Below, in pieces: positions 23,598-35,811 of a DNA stretch of 64,000 nucleotides. Source of the DNA: Malacoraja senta (taxonomy: Eukaryota). Made by a program: the position numbers and the translations under genes. The notes under the pieces are model-generated. The model did no database searches and was not told the origin of the DNA. It saw only the letters and a list, made by a program, of their open reading frames with translations. The stretch lies in assembly GCA_038087875.1 (NCBI GenBank), contig JAXLNO010004884.1:1-64000 (forward strand), written 5' to 3'. Every line of letters starts with the position of its first letter. Within the stretch, counting starts at the first letter, position 1.

Positions 23598-26207
23598 TTT
23601 TTTTTTTAAACATTTTTAATTTTTATTTATTAGAAGTACATTACATTACAACCACATACATTAATACTCGTCATTTATATCTTCTTACAATTAATGTACT
23701 CCCTTTATTTATTTTTTTACACTAGAAAAGCAAAAGATTGAAAGAAAGAAAAAAGTGAAGGAAAAAGTGAAAGTGTAGAAAAGTGTAGAAAATGTAACAA
23801 CAAAAAGGGACGAAGACCCTATAAGAGCGAAATTAAAAACAAAAGAAAAAGAGTTAAGAAATAGGCCCTAGGAAAAAAAAGAGAAAGAGAGAGAGGAAAA
23901 AAAAAAGAAAAACAAATTTTTTTTGAGCATTACGTAAATAGGACATACCAACTCTTCAACTATCATCCCCCCTTACCTGACCTCAATTTTTTATTTTTTT
24001 TAAAGTACTTTTGCACCCTATGTTTGTAATAATTCTATAAATGCAGACCACGTCAGGTGGAAGTGATCTGGTTTACCTGCTAGGAGGAGTCTTATCTCTT
24101 CTAGGTGTAATGTTTCAAACATATTTGAAATCCACATATTTATAGTTGGTATTGGAGCCTTCTTCCAAAATTTTAGAATTAGCTTTTTTCCAGTTATTAA
24201 CCCATAGTCCATTAATTTCTTTTGAAACACATTTAGTTCTGGATCATCTTCCGTTATTCCGAAGATAATCCATTCTGCTTTGGGTATCAGTCTTGTTTTA
24301 AATAACTTTGTAAAGATTTCAAAAATTTCATTCCAAAATTTTTGAATTTTTGTACAGAAGACGAATGAGTGCGCTATAGTAGCTTCTTGGGATTGACATT
24401 TATCACAAATAGATGATACATTTGGGAAAATTTTATGAATTTTAGTTTTCGAATAATATAATCTATGTAAAATTTTAAATTGTATTAAAGTGTGTCTTAC
24501 ATTAATCGAACATTTATGCACGTTTAATAAGTATTCATTCCAACTTTCCTTTGAAATTTTAATAGCTAACTCTTGTTCCCAGTCTCTTCTGATACCCTCC
24601 GTAGGTGGTATTTGTACATTTAAAATAATATTATACAAATATGATATTAAGTTTGCTGATTCCGCTTTTATCTGCATTGCCTCGTCCAATACATCTACTG
24701 GGTTATTATAATAATCTTTTGTATATTTTTTCAAATAGTCGCATATTTGAAAGTATTTAAAATATTGATTATTTCCGAGTTTATATTTTATTTGTAATTG
24801 TTGAAATGAAAGTAATTTTCCAGTTTCATACAAGTCACCAAGCGTTTTAATTCCTAGTCTATCCCATTGTGTATAAGCTTTATCTATAATAGAAGGACTA
24901 AACGAAGGGTTATTGACTATAGGTAATAAAAGTGATAAATTTCTTAATTTTAAATTTTGTTTTATTTGTTTCCAAATTCGGATTGTACTATGAATAATTG
25001 GGTTCTTATTATAATTTATGTTATTCAGTTTCATTGGAGAGAGGAGGATCGCTCCAATGTTTCTAGAGGAGCAATCCTCTTTCTCCATTACAATCCAGTC
25101 TACTTGCTGGGCGGAGTTATCCATCAGTTGAATCATGTTTTTAATATTTACTGACCAATAATAATACATAAAATTAGGTAGTGCTAAACCCCCCAATACT
25201 TTAGGTTTATTCAGATGAGTTTTTTGTATTCTATGTGATTTATAGTCCCATATAAAATTAGTGATATCTGAGTCGAGTTTTTTAAAAAACTTCTTAGGTA
25301 AGTATATAGGAATTGATTGAAATAGGTATAAAATTTGTGGTAAAAAGATCATTTTTATTGCATTTATTCGGCCTATTAAAGACATCGGGAGCGTTTTCCA
25401 GAATTTAATTAGTGTATTTAATTTATTAAGTAGGGGGTCAAAATTTGCCCTGAACATACCTTGATATGATCTGGTAATTTCAATTCCCAAATATTTAAAT
25501 TTTTCTGTAGCTATTTTAAAAGGGAATTTTAAAAGATGTGTTGAATCTTTCGGTTTTATTGACATAATTTCACTTTTATTCCAATTTATTCTATATCCAG
25601 AAAAAGATCCAAAGTCTTCAATTAAATTTAATATATTTGGTATAGTGATTTGAGGTTTTGTAATATACAGTAATATATCATCCGCGTATAAAGATATTTT
25701 ATTATATGAGTCTTTAGTATTATATCCATGAATATCAGGGTGTATTCTAATTTTTTCTGCTAGCGGTTCAATAATGAGAGCAAACAGCTGTGGTGATAAT
25801 GAGCATCCTTGTCTATTTCCCCTTGATAGTTGAAATTTCGAGGATAATATGTTATTAGTTAGTATTCTAGCTGTAGGTTTGTTATATAGTAACTTAATCC
25901 ATAAAATAAAATTCACTCCCAGTTGAAATTTTTGTAATACTTTGTCCATATAATTCCATTCTACTTGATCAAATGCTTTTTCAGCATCCAGCGAAATAAT
26001 TGATAATTCTTGATCTTCAGATTTGTGTGAGTGCATTATGTTGAGTAGACGTCTCATATTATTAGAAGAGTATCTCTTAGGGATAAACCCTGTCTGATCT
26101 GGGTTTATTAATTTACTAATGTATTTACTTAATCTTCTAGCTAATGTTTTCGCTAATATTTTTTGATCTGTGTTTAACAATGCTATAGCTCTATATGAAC
26201 CAGGTTC
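23598..26207 (-). mobile_element. Young 5'-truncated L1-clade (fish Swimmer-like) LINE with poly(A) and 17-bp TSD
   Basis: agaaacctgcaggactt at 23581-23597 and 26208-26224; T-run (poly-A) immediately after the left copy. Confidence 0.93.
24018..26207 (-). CDS. L1 ORF2 fragment (RT and C-terminal CCHC knuckle), ~730 codons without stop
   Basis: YRAIALLNTDQKIL, SLDAEKAFDQVEW, QGCSLSP, LYADD, FKYLGI, CDKC...AHSFVFC. The N-terminal part of the listed ORF (26208-26558) is flanking P-element DNA. Confidence 0.9.
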   Translation of the reverse strand, partial: EPGSYRAIALLNTDQKILAKTLARRLSKYISKLINPDQTGFIPKRYSSNNMRRLLNIMHSHKSEDQELSIISLDAEKAFDQVEWNYMDKVLQKFQLGVNFILWIKLLYNKPTARILTNNILSSKFQLSRGNRQGCSLSPQLFALIIEPLAEKIRIHPDIHGYNTKDSYNKISLYADDILLYITKPQITIPNILNLIEDFGSFSGYRINWNKSEIMSIKPKDSTHLLKFPFKIATEKFKYLGIEITRSYQGMFRANFDPLLNKLNTLIKFWKTLPMSLIGRINAIKMIFLPQILYLFQSIPIYLPKKFFKKLDSDITNFIWDYKSHRIQKTHLNKPKVLGGLALPNFMYYYWSVNIKNMIQLMDNSAQQVDWIVMEKEDCSSRNIGAILLSPMKLNNINYNKNPIIHSTIRIWKQIKQNLKLRNLSLLLPIVNNPSFSPSIIDKAYTQWDRLGIKTLGDLYETGKLLSFQQLQIKYKLGNNQYFKYFQICDYLKKYTKDYYNNPVDVLDEAMQIKAESANLISYLYNIILNVQIPPTEGIRRDWEQELAIKISKESWNEYLLNVHKCSINVRHTLIQFKILHRLYYSKTKIHKIFPNVSSICDKCQSQEATIAHSFVFCTKIQKFWNEIFEIFTKLFKTRLIPKAEWIIFGITEDDPELNVFQKKLMDYGLITGKKLILKFWKKAPIPTINMWISNMFETLHLEEIRLLLAGKPDHFHLTWSAFIELLQT

Positions 26208-26589
26208 AGAAACCTGCAGGACTTGACCATTAAAAGGAAGTGTAGGAAAGTTCAAAAAGTAGCACATAAGTAAAGTACATGATGTTGTTGAATTATATAT
26301 TGATGAAATACACTCATTTATGTACATAGTGTGAAATTGTGATTTGTTAACGGCACAAAACAATGCAAATGGCGATTTATTTATTATTGTATCTACGTTG
26401 GACATTTTGCCCTTTGGTGTAAGCAGGGGTGGGGCTATCATTGTGTTACATACGTTGAATTGTACATCACTTTCATTGGTTAGCTGATATGCTGAACACT
26501 GTAACCCTGTATATCTCGCGCACAGAATAATGTGAATTATGTAAATCTTACCATGCATGTCAGAAATGAAATGTGTTAACCATGTTTTG

Positions 26590-27140
26590 GTCAGTTTTGG
26601 TCTCCAAATCTGAGGAAGGACATTATTGCCATAGAGGGAGTGCAGAGAAGGTTCACCAGACTGATTCCTGGGATGTCAGGACTTTCATATGAAGAAAGAC
26701 TGGATAGACTTGGTTTATACTCGCTAGAATTTAGGAGATTGAGAGGGGATCTTATAGAAACGTACAAAATTCTTATGGGGTTGGACAGGCTAGATGCAGG
26801 AAGATTGTTCCCGATGTTGGGGAAGTCCAGGACAAGGGGTCACAGCTTAAGGATAAGGGGGAAATCCTTTAAGACCGAGATGAGGAAAAACTTTTTCACA
26901 CAGAGAGTGGTGAATCTCTGGAACTCTCTGCCACAGAGGGTAGTTGAGGCCAGTTCATTGGCAATATTTAAGAGGGAGTTAGATGTGGCCCTTGTGGCTA
27001 AAGGGATCAGGGGGTATGGAGAGAAGGCAGGTACGGGATACTGAGTTGGATGATCAGCCATGATCATATTGAATGGCGGTGCAGGCTCGAAGGGCCGAAT
27101 GGCCTACTCATGCACCTATTTTCTATGTATCTATGTATCT
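26590..27140 (+). mobile_element. Young CR1 3' fragment inserted in the P-element 3' region
   Basis: Translation identical to the C-terminus of the 13733-15658 ORF; the P-element 3' sequence continues on both sides. Confidence 0.9.
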
Positions 27141-27829
27141 ATGTTAATGGATTTCTATTATAATTATTTAAAATTGAGTGGGTTGGTGCAATATTGGGGT
27201 AATATACTGCTAATGTGTCGTTATCAGATATTCAGCTTTAAAAAGAGAAATAAATCACAGTAAAAGGGAAAAGATGCCTATGTTCCTTCCACAGCGTGTG
27301 GGGAGTCTGGCCCGGATCAGCACGGCTGGGACACCAGGGTGAAGTTACGGGGAGGTTTACAATGTGTTTTTAATTTAATGTTGTCTCTTATCTAGTCCGA
27401 AATAAAGTTTATGATTAAAATTAGAAATCTGGAGAAATATATATGTGTGTTATATGATTATATACATTTATATCACATTCATATATATGTGTGTGTATGT
27501 GCATCTAATCAGTTGTATGCTCGCTGAATAAAACCATCCTTAAGTTATACATCATTTGTAAATCTGGTTCAAAACAAATTTTATTTTGTGAAAGACTTCA
27601 TTCAGATAACCCCACCATAACAGACAGATCTCATTCCACTCTCTGGCTATTGGGAAGACCAAACCCATTTTATTGTTGAGAAACAACTCCATAGACACAA
27701 AAACATGAAGGTGTAGCGGCACCTGCTGGCGTACGCAGAGATCGAACCCGGCGTTCGGAAGCCGCGGTCACGTGACTCGGGAGCGGCCGCTTGTTTTACG
27801 CGGTTTTCACTTGCACGCGTTAGTTCAGC

Positions 27830-28217
27830 GCTGACCGTTGCGGTCCGGATCCGCCCCCACTTCTACTCCCAGAGCGGGGCCAAGAAAATTGAAGATAGAC
27901 ACAAAATGCTGGAGTAACTCAGCGGGACCGGCAGCAACTCTGGAGAGAAGCAATGGGTGATGTTTCGGGTCAAGACCCTTCTTTCAGAATGAACAAGAGT
28001 CTCGAACAGAAACGTCACGCATTGCTTCTCTCCAGAGATGCTGCCGGTCCAACTGACTTACTCCAGCTTTGTGTCCATCTTCAAATAACGTCACGCGCTC
28101 CAGACGGCTGTACGTACGCATGTAATCGCACCCGACCTTCGCTAGACCGTCTCGGCTCAACGCGGCAACGAGGTCGCGTAATTTGCGTGCCAAGGACACG
28201 TAAGTGGGACAGGCCCT
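27830..28217. mobile_element. Partial PIF/Harbinger-like MITE carrying a palindromic Penelope-derived cassette
   Basis: Reverse complement of 42676-43050; ends gtaagtgggacaggccct|TAA. Confidence 0.7.
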
Positions 28218-29074
28218 TAAATCTAAACAGCCCTCAGTAAAGGCACCACACATAATCCTCATAATCAACACTAAACACTGAAGGCAACCATTGATGGTGA
28301 CATGAATCTTTGTTCACCAAAATCAAAGCATCATCAACTGTCACAAAACAAGATGGAGAAAAGCAAAAGATTGCAGTTGCTTCAAATCGTGCAAATACAA
28401 GCATTTGGAATATCCATTTCCTGACATGTAATTCACAACAGGCAATTGCCCAGGGCCCAGCACGTTCATCATTCATAGGGGCAGAATCAGGCCATTCGGC
28501 CCATCAAATACCACTCCGCCATTCAATAATGGCTGAACTACCTTTCTCCCAACCCATTCTCCCCTCTAGATAGAGTAACAGCATAGCAGTGAATAAAGGA
28601 ACAGAAGGGAAAGGACACAATGTGTTGGAGAAACTCAGTCTGAACTGAAGAAGGATCCCAACCCAAAACAACACCTCATGTGCTCCAGAGATGCTGCCTG
28701 GCCTGCTGGTTTACTCCAGCACTTTGTCCCCTTTAGTGGATTAACCAGCATCTACAGTTTCTTGTTTCTACAAAGGAACAGAAACAATTGATTCATGGTC
28801 AACTATAAAAGTCAGAGAACAGCACAAATTCAACGTTTCCCAAAATGGGTGAACTACTTGAAGCCCTGTGTAGACAGAAATTCAACGGCTTGTTTCACAC
28901 AAATACAGGGAACCACAGTCATGCCACTGAAAACAAGCAGTGTGGATAGTTATACTTCTTCAGATAGATAAACTGTCAAGCACACCAGTGTTGCTTTCAG
29001 CAATCCAATCCTTGTGATGAGATTGTTTTCACTCTTTTCAAAGAATTCATTCAAAGAAGTCCTACAGTTCCAGC

Positions 29075-30215
29075 TTACAGTTAAATACAAGCAAAACTTT
29101 GCAACAGAACACACCTGAACTGCCCCAGACCACAGATTTCCCCCTCTTTTCATTTGATTAAATTTCAAAATTCCAATGAGCATCTTAAGAATTTTTAGAC
29201 GCAGATCTCTGCAAAAGCAAGTCATCTGTGAGCAACTTGTAAACTGAACATGAGCCATCCTGTTTTTCCTGTCTTTCCCCTCCATCAGCCAGCTGCTGTC
29301 TCGTGTTGAATCCACAAAGGCTTGATTCATCCTTATGATTACTCTTGTACTTTGCACCACCACTTCCCGCCCATCGCCCCAACCCCCGGCCCAATGATAC
29401 AGTCAGGGACTGGCAATGGCAGAATTCTGCCCACCCTCCAGAGCAAGTCATCCCACCCCACGGACTTCTTCCCAATACACACCAACAACACAGTGCCCAC
29501 CCTCCTGTCTCCGGTCCCAAAACATGCCGCCAAAGGTTTAGTTGCCGGGGCAGAGCCCGATTGATAAAACAATCACTCCCTAGGCCCAAGATAGACAAAA
29601 AGAAGCTGGAGTAACTCAGCGGGTCAGACAACATCTCTGGAAACAGGATTGAGGTCGAGACCCTTCTTCAGATTGAGACAGCGGAAAGGGCTCCAATTTA
29701 CAGTTAAATGCAAGCTAAACTTTGCATCATTACTACATCTCTAGTGGACACCGGAACTGCACCAAACCACAGAAATTACCCCATTTCTTTACCCACTTTG
29801 ATAACATTTCCAAATTCTAATCAGTACTGAAAAATGATTAGACGCGTGACTGAGTAGGCAAGAAGCATCTCAGAGCAACTTGTAAACTGAACACTGGCCA
29901 TCCTGTTAAAAGATTATATTCACAAAACTTTCCTCACCTGGCCTTGTGATTCCCTTCCATCAGCCAGTTGCTGTCTTTCCGTCTCGGATGTAAACCTGGC
30001 TTGTGATGAATCCACAAAGACTGCCTTTATCAACACCTCTTCCACTTGCACCGCCCACCCCTCGCCCATCACCCCAACTCCACCCACCCTCCAGAGCCAG
30101 TCTCCCACCCCACTGACGTCTTCCCAATACACAGCCGGCCCCTCGTCTCTGGTCCCAAAACATTTGAATAAGAATGTTGTTGGTCTCCAGATTGACAAAG
30201 CAATCACTAGGCCCA
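29075..30215. repeat. Old tandem duplication of a ~520-bp non-TE-like module (29075-29590; 29697-30215)
   Basis: Collinear blocks acagttaaat.caagc.aaactttgca, gagcaacttgtaaactgaaca, tccatcagccag.tgctgtc, cttcccaatacac, tcccaaaacat, caatcact are shared by both copies. Confidence 0.75.
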
Positions 30216-30654
30216 CTCATGTCAACGAGTTAAATTGAACCGTGCCCAGCCGGAGTCCTACGTTAGTGGTGATGTTTACAGAATACAAACTGTGGTTCAC
30301 CTGCAATTTACTTTCTCTTCAGATTTCCCGCCAACATTGTCCCTATAGGTGTGTGTCATTCACAGTGCCAGGAATTGTCATTTTGAATAATTTGCTGATG
30401 ATTTTTTTAATATTTTGTCAGACCTGGAATCGCAGTTGCATCTTTGGGTCCAAATCCTAGCGGCAACTCACCTTTTCCTTTTAAAATGTACATTGTTGAA
30501 ATTAATAATTACACCATTCACTCCACCACCCTCCCAACGCACACACAAACCAAATATTTAACACTAATTTGTATTGGTCATAGATAGTTGCCTGAATCTT
30601 TGTTCAGCAAAAATCTATCCATCATTAACTGCCAGTCTGAGCGGCGGACAGGTC

Positions 30655-32990
30655 TGTGAGTCAATAAGTGGCATTGAAACAAAGCCGAAGAGACAGACAT
30701 CAGGCAGAGCCGTGGTTGTCGGGGACTCCATCGTGAGAGGTACAGACAGGGGTTTCTGCAGCAACAGGCGGGATTCAAAGATGGTGTGTTGCCTCCCTGT
30801 TGCCAGGATCCAGGACGTCACGGACCAATTACAGGGCATCCTCAAGGGTGAAGGTGAGCAGCCGGAAGTGGTCGTGCATGTCGGCACAAATGATGTCGGG
30901 AAGAAGAGGAAAGAGATTCTGCAGCGTGACTTTACAGAGCTCGGAAGAAGGCTGAAAAGCAGGACCTCCAGGGTGGTTATCTCCGGTTTGCTTCCAGTTC
31001 CTCGTGCTGGAGAGGGCAGGAACAGGGAGATAGGGGATCTGAATGTGTGGCTGAGGAGCTGGTGCAGGGGGCAGGGATTTGTATTCTTAGCCCATGGGAT
31101 CTGTTTTGGGGTAAAGGTGAACTGTACAAAAGGGACGGGTTACACCTTAACTGGCGGGGGACCAGCATTGTGGCAGGCAGGTTTGCAACTGCTACACGGG
31201 GGGTTTAAGGTAAATAGTGGGGGGGGGACAAATTGGAAATACAAGGATGGAGTTAAAGGGAAAGAGAGTATAGGAAATGTTAAGAAAGACCCCAGAATTA
31301 TTATTATTATTAATATTTTTTTATTATTAATACTTTTGTTAGAAGCAATGTACAGTAGTATAAACCGTGTATAATATAATACATTTCGTGTACAACTTCT
31401 TGTTTTTAATTTAATAATAGAGAAGTAACAGAAGCAAGAAAGAAAGGGAAAGAGAAAGTTAAGTAAAGTAGTGATATTGATAGTTCGTGAAAGAATAGAA
31501 AGAAAGAGCCCGTGAAGGTATAAAGAGAAAAAAAAGAAAAAAAGGGGATATACCTGCTTCATATCTTTCCACACCCCTCACCCAGTTCTGAAACAATTAA
31601 TTTCCAGGGTTATGTTGCACCATACACTTGTAATGTTGATAAAAGGAGACCAAATCTTTAAGAATTGGTCTGATTTACCTGCTAGGACGAATCTCATATC
31701 TTCGAGATGTAACATTTCAGACATGCTTGAAATCCACATTTTAAGCGTTGAGGTGGGTGCATTTTTCCCGAATTTGAGTATAGGTTTTTTGCCATTATCT
31801 AGCCATAGTTTAGAAGACAGTTTTGGAACGAAGTCAGCTCAGAGCCGGCTTCCATTGTTCCAAAAATAATCAATTCTGTGTTGGGGTACAATTGTATTTT
31901 AAATAATTTTGTGAAAATTTCAAACATTTATTTCCAAAATTTGTGGAGTTTTATGCATGGAAGTGTGCTATAGTTGCATCTTGAGATAAGCATTTATCAC
32001 AGATGGGAGAGACATTTGGAAACCTTTTATTCAGATTAGTTTTGAGTAATATAGTCTATGTAAAATTTTAAATTGAATTAAGGTATGTCTTACATTAATC
32101 GAACCTTTGTGTACGTATGACAAATATTTATCCCATCTGTCTTTCGAAATTGTTATAGATAGTTCTTGTTCCCACTCTCTTCTAATTGCATCTGACGATG
32201 GTATTTGTATATAAACACCAGAATTAATGGGACAGAAAGCTCACAAAGGGATAGGAGAGTATGGCCAAGTGAAATAGGGCTGGGTGTCCTTGTACACCGG
32301 TCACTGAAAGTTGGCATGCAGGTGCAGCAGGCAGTGAAGAAAGCTAATGGGATGTTGGCCTTCATGACAAGAGGATTTCAGTATAGGAGTAAAGAGGTTC
32401 TTCTGCAGTTGTATAGGGCTCTGGTGAGACCACATCTGGAGTATTGTGTACAGTTTTGGTCTCCTAATTTGAGGAAGGACATCCTTGTGATTGAGGCAGT
32501 GCAGCGTAGGTTCAAGAGATTGATCCCTGGGATGGCGGGACTGTCATATGAAGAAAGATTGAAAAGACTAGGCTTGTATTCACTGGAGTTTAGAAGGATG
32601 AGGGGGATGTTATAGAAACATATAAAATTATAAAAGGACTGGACAAGCTTGATGCAGGAAAAATGTTCCCAATGTTGGGCGAGTCCAGAACCAGGGGCCA
32701 CAGTCTTAGAATAAAGGGGAGGTCATTTAAGACTGAGGTGAGAAAAAACATTTCCACCCAGAGAGTTGTGAATTTATGGAATTACCTGCCACAGAGGGCA
32801 GTGGAGGCCAAATCACTGGATGGATTTAAGAGAGAGTTAGATAGAGCTCTCGGGGCTAGAGGAATCAAGGGATATGGGGAGAAGGCAGGCACGAGTTAGT
32901 GATAGGGGATGATTAGCCATGATCACAATAAATGGCGGTGCTGGCTCGAAGGGTCGAATGGCCTCCTCCTACACCTATTTTCTATGTTTC
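30655..32990 (+). mobile_element. CR1 LINE with esterase ORF1 joined to the 3' end by a large internal deletion; interrupted by L1
   Basis: GDSIVRG...HVGTNDVG at 30720-30900; the sequence resumes at 32218 and jumps to the RT C-terminus (DLGV.VH.SLKV...). Confidence 0.85.
31301..32217 (-). mobile_element. 5'-truncated L1 fragment with (AAT)n tail
   Basis: Homologous to 24000-24700; flanked by ccagaatta at 31292-31300 and 32218-32226. Confidence 0.8.
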
Positions 32991-32999
32991 TATATAAAA

Positions 33000-33560
33000 T
33001 TGGTGCAGGAGTAGGCCATTTGGCCCTTCAAGCCACCACCACCATTCAATATGGTCATTGCTGATCAACCAGAATCAGTACCCCGTTCCTACTTTCTCCC
33101 CATATCCCTTGATTTCATTAACCCTAAGAGCTAACTCTCTCTTGAATACATTCAGTGAATTGGTCTCCACTGCCTTCTGTGGGAGAGAATTCAACAGATT
33201 CACAACTCTCTGGGTGAAAAGGTTTTTCTCCATCTCAATTATAAATGGCCTACCCATTATTCTTAAACTGTGACCCCTTATTCTGACTCCCCCAACATCG
33301 GGAATATTTTTCTTGCATCTGTCCAATCCCTTATAAGTATTCTGTTTCTATAAGAGACCCTCTCATCCTTCTGAATTCCAGTGAATATAAGCCAGTCGAT
33401 TCATTCTTGTATCATATGTCAGCTCTGCCATCCCGGTAATTAACCTGGTGAACTTTGCTGCACTCCCTCAGTTGCTAGAATGTCCTTCTTCAAACTAGGC
33501 GACCAAGACTGCACAAAATACTCCAGGTGCAGTCTCACCAGGGCCCTGTATAACTGAATA
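33000..33560 (-). mobile_element. CR1 3' end
   Basis: RGHSLRIMGRPF...[20 protein letters not shown]. Confidence 0.8.
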
Positions 33561-34639
33561 GACTCAGGCATCAGGTATAAGAGTTGAGAAATCAAACAAA
33601 ACATTGGTTAGGCTGCACATGGAGTATTGTGTAGAGTTCTGGTCGCTCCTCTACTAACGTTACTGTGTGGGGATCACTGGTTGGCGTGGGCCAAAGGGGC
33701 TGTTTCTGCAATGTATCTCTAAACCAAAAAGGATGTGATGGCATCAAAAATAGTGCAGAAGGGTTTTGCCAGGTTGTTGCCTGGAATAGAGGTATGTGGT
33801 TATGTGAAGAGATTGGATAGGCTGCATTTATTCTCACTAGAATGCAGGAGTGAAATAATGAGGGCTATAGATTGTGTCGGAAGGAACTGCAGATGCTGGT
33901 TTAAACAGAAGAAAGACACAAAAAGCTGGAGTAACTCAGTGGGACATATAGCATCACTGGAGAGAAGGAATCGGTGATATTTCGGGTCGAGACCTTTTCG
34001 GGTTGAGACCCTTCTTCAGGAAGGATCTACAGATGCTGTTTTACACCGAATACAGACATAAAATGCTGGAGTAACTCAGCAGGACAGGCAGCATCTTTGG
34101 AGGGAAGGAATGAGTGACGTTTCTAAACATCATCCATTCCTTCTCTCCATAAATACTGCCTGCCCTGCTCCAGCATTTTGTGTCTATCTTTGGGGTATAG
34201 ATAAGATAGAGAGTAACTGTCTCTTTCCCAGGGCAGTGGAGACTAGAACAGGAGGTTTAAGGTGATGGGAGAGAAATGTCAAGGGGATCTGAGCAGACGT
34301 TTCTCACCGCAGTAGTTATCTGGAATGAGCTGCAGGGGAGATGGTAGAGGCAGATATAATCACAATGTCTATAAAGCATTTGGACTTTTGGTAGGAAAGT
34401 CAGGGAGGGATATGGGCGTAATTCATGTAATTGTAGATAAACATCTCGGTCAGGATAAACAAGATTGGGCAAATGGGCCTGTTTATATGCTGCATGATTC
34501 AGTTTAGTTTAAGATTCTTTCTGTGGTTTTCATGTTGCTATCTCTTTTAGCCAGAATAAGCACTGAAAATGGCTCAATCAGTCTACACCAGAGAGAACAC
34601 TGCGTGAACCAAAGGAAGTGAGATATGTAAAATAGGTTC

Positions 34640-34961
34640 TTTAGATTTTTAGTTTAGATACACAGCATGGGAACAGGCCTTTTGGCCCACCGAGTCTGCA
34701 CCCGCCAGCGACTAACCCGCACACTAATACTATCCTATGCACACGAGGGACAATTTGACACATGCATCAAGCCAATTCACCTACATTCCTGCACGTCTTT
34801 GGAGTGGGAGGAAATCAAAGATCTCAGCGAAAATCCACACAGGTCACGGGGAGAACGTACTAACTCCGTACAGACAGCACCCATAGTCAGGATGAAAACC
34901 GGGTCTCTGGCACTGCAAACACTGTAAGGCAGCAACTCTACCGCTGTGCCACTGTGCCGCC
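34640..34961 (-). mobile_element. HE1-type V-SINE
   Basis: tRNA-derived head, V-domain (gctgtctgtacggag...ttctccccgtgacc), CR1-like tail ggcctgtt...gtatct. Confidence 0.8.
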
Positions 34962-35811
34962 CTTATTGGTAACTTTGTATGATCTTATTTTGTTAGGATG
35001 CAAATTCTATGGGAACGCTTTCTCAAAGAGATAGATAATGATGTAGAAACAATGAACTGCAGATGCTGGTTTGTACCAAAGAGAGTCACAAAGTGCTGGA
35101 GTAACTCAACGGGTCAGAGGTGTTCTACAGCATCTCTGTAGATAAAGGATGGGTGATGCTGGGTGAAGCTTCAGGTTGGGATCCTTCTTCAGACTGATGT
35201 ATCGGGTTGGGACCCTTCTTCAGACTAACCCTGCTTGAGACTGAAGTAGGGTCCCGACACGAAGTGTCATCCAGCCTTTTTCTCCAGAGATGCTGCCGGT
35301 CTCGCTGAGTTACTTTAGCACTCTGTGTCTAAGGTTGATAATGAGTTGTTCAATCCTGATGTTTTGTGATGTTAATTTCTGCATGTTCACAGGGCAGACT
35401 GTGAGAGTAAATAGTTGAAAAACTAGTCTAGCAGGAAATGTGTGGTATTTGAGTAAGTGTGAATGTGGGGCCTCTCCAGTGAGATGATTGGGGAACTCCC
35501 TGACAAAGGGGGATGTGGTGAACAAGTCACCAGGAGGTCATATCAAAGCAGAAGTTAAATGTTACATTGATATTTTTGGAGTCTGCTCTTGATGTACTGG
35601 CATGGTGCAATCCGATTTGGACAACTTACTGTATATTGCAGCTCAAAATGATATAGAGATATAGCATTGGAAGTGTTTAAGAAGGAACTGCAGATGCTGG
35701 AAAATCGAAGGTACACAAAAATACTGGAGAAACTCAGCGGGTGCAGCAGCATCTATGGAGCGAAGGAAATAGGCAACGTTTCGGGCCGAAACCCTTCTTG
35801 AGACTTCAGTC

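Noticed and set aside
26208-26558. N-terminal ~115 aa of the 846-aa minus-strand ORF
   Set aside because: Lies outside the L1 TSD and is antisense P-element 3' DNA, so it is chance read-through and not a fusion protein.
13630-27140. Identical CR1 C-terminal translations in inverted orientation suggesting a large inverted duplication
   Set aside because: Flanks are unrelated (old CR1 versus P-element 3' region), so they are independent insertions of one young subfamily.
27712-27723. tgtagcggcacc, identical to the LTR terminus at 50144 and 52042
   Set aside because: Only 12 bp match and the similarity does not extend; cannot call a solo LTR.
34530-34625. Exon-like segment (cttttag...gtgaga) with GGAAGTGA and GTTGCTA motifs
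   Set aside because: The ATG frame stops after 12 codons and the motifs are short enough to occur by chance; cannot support an exon or enhancer.
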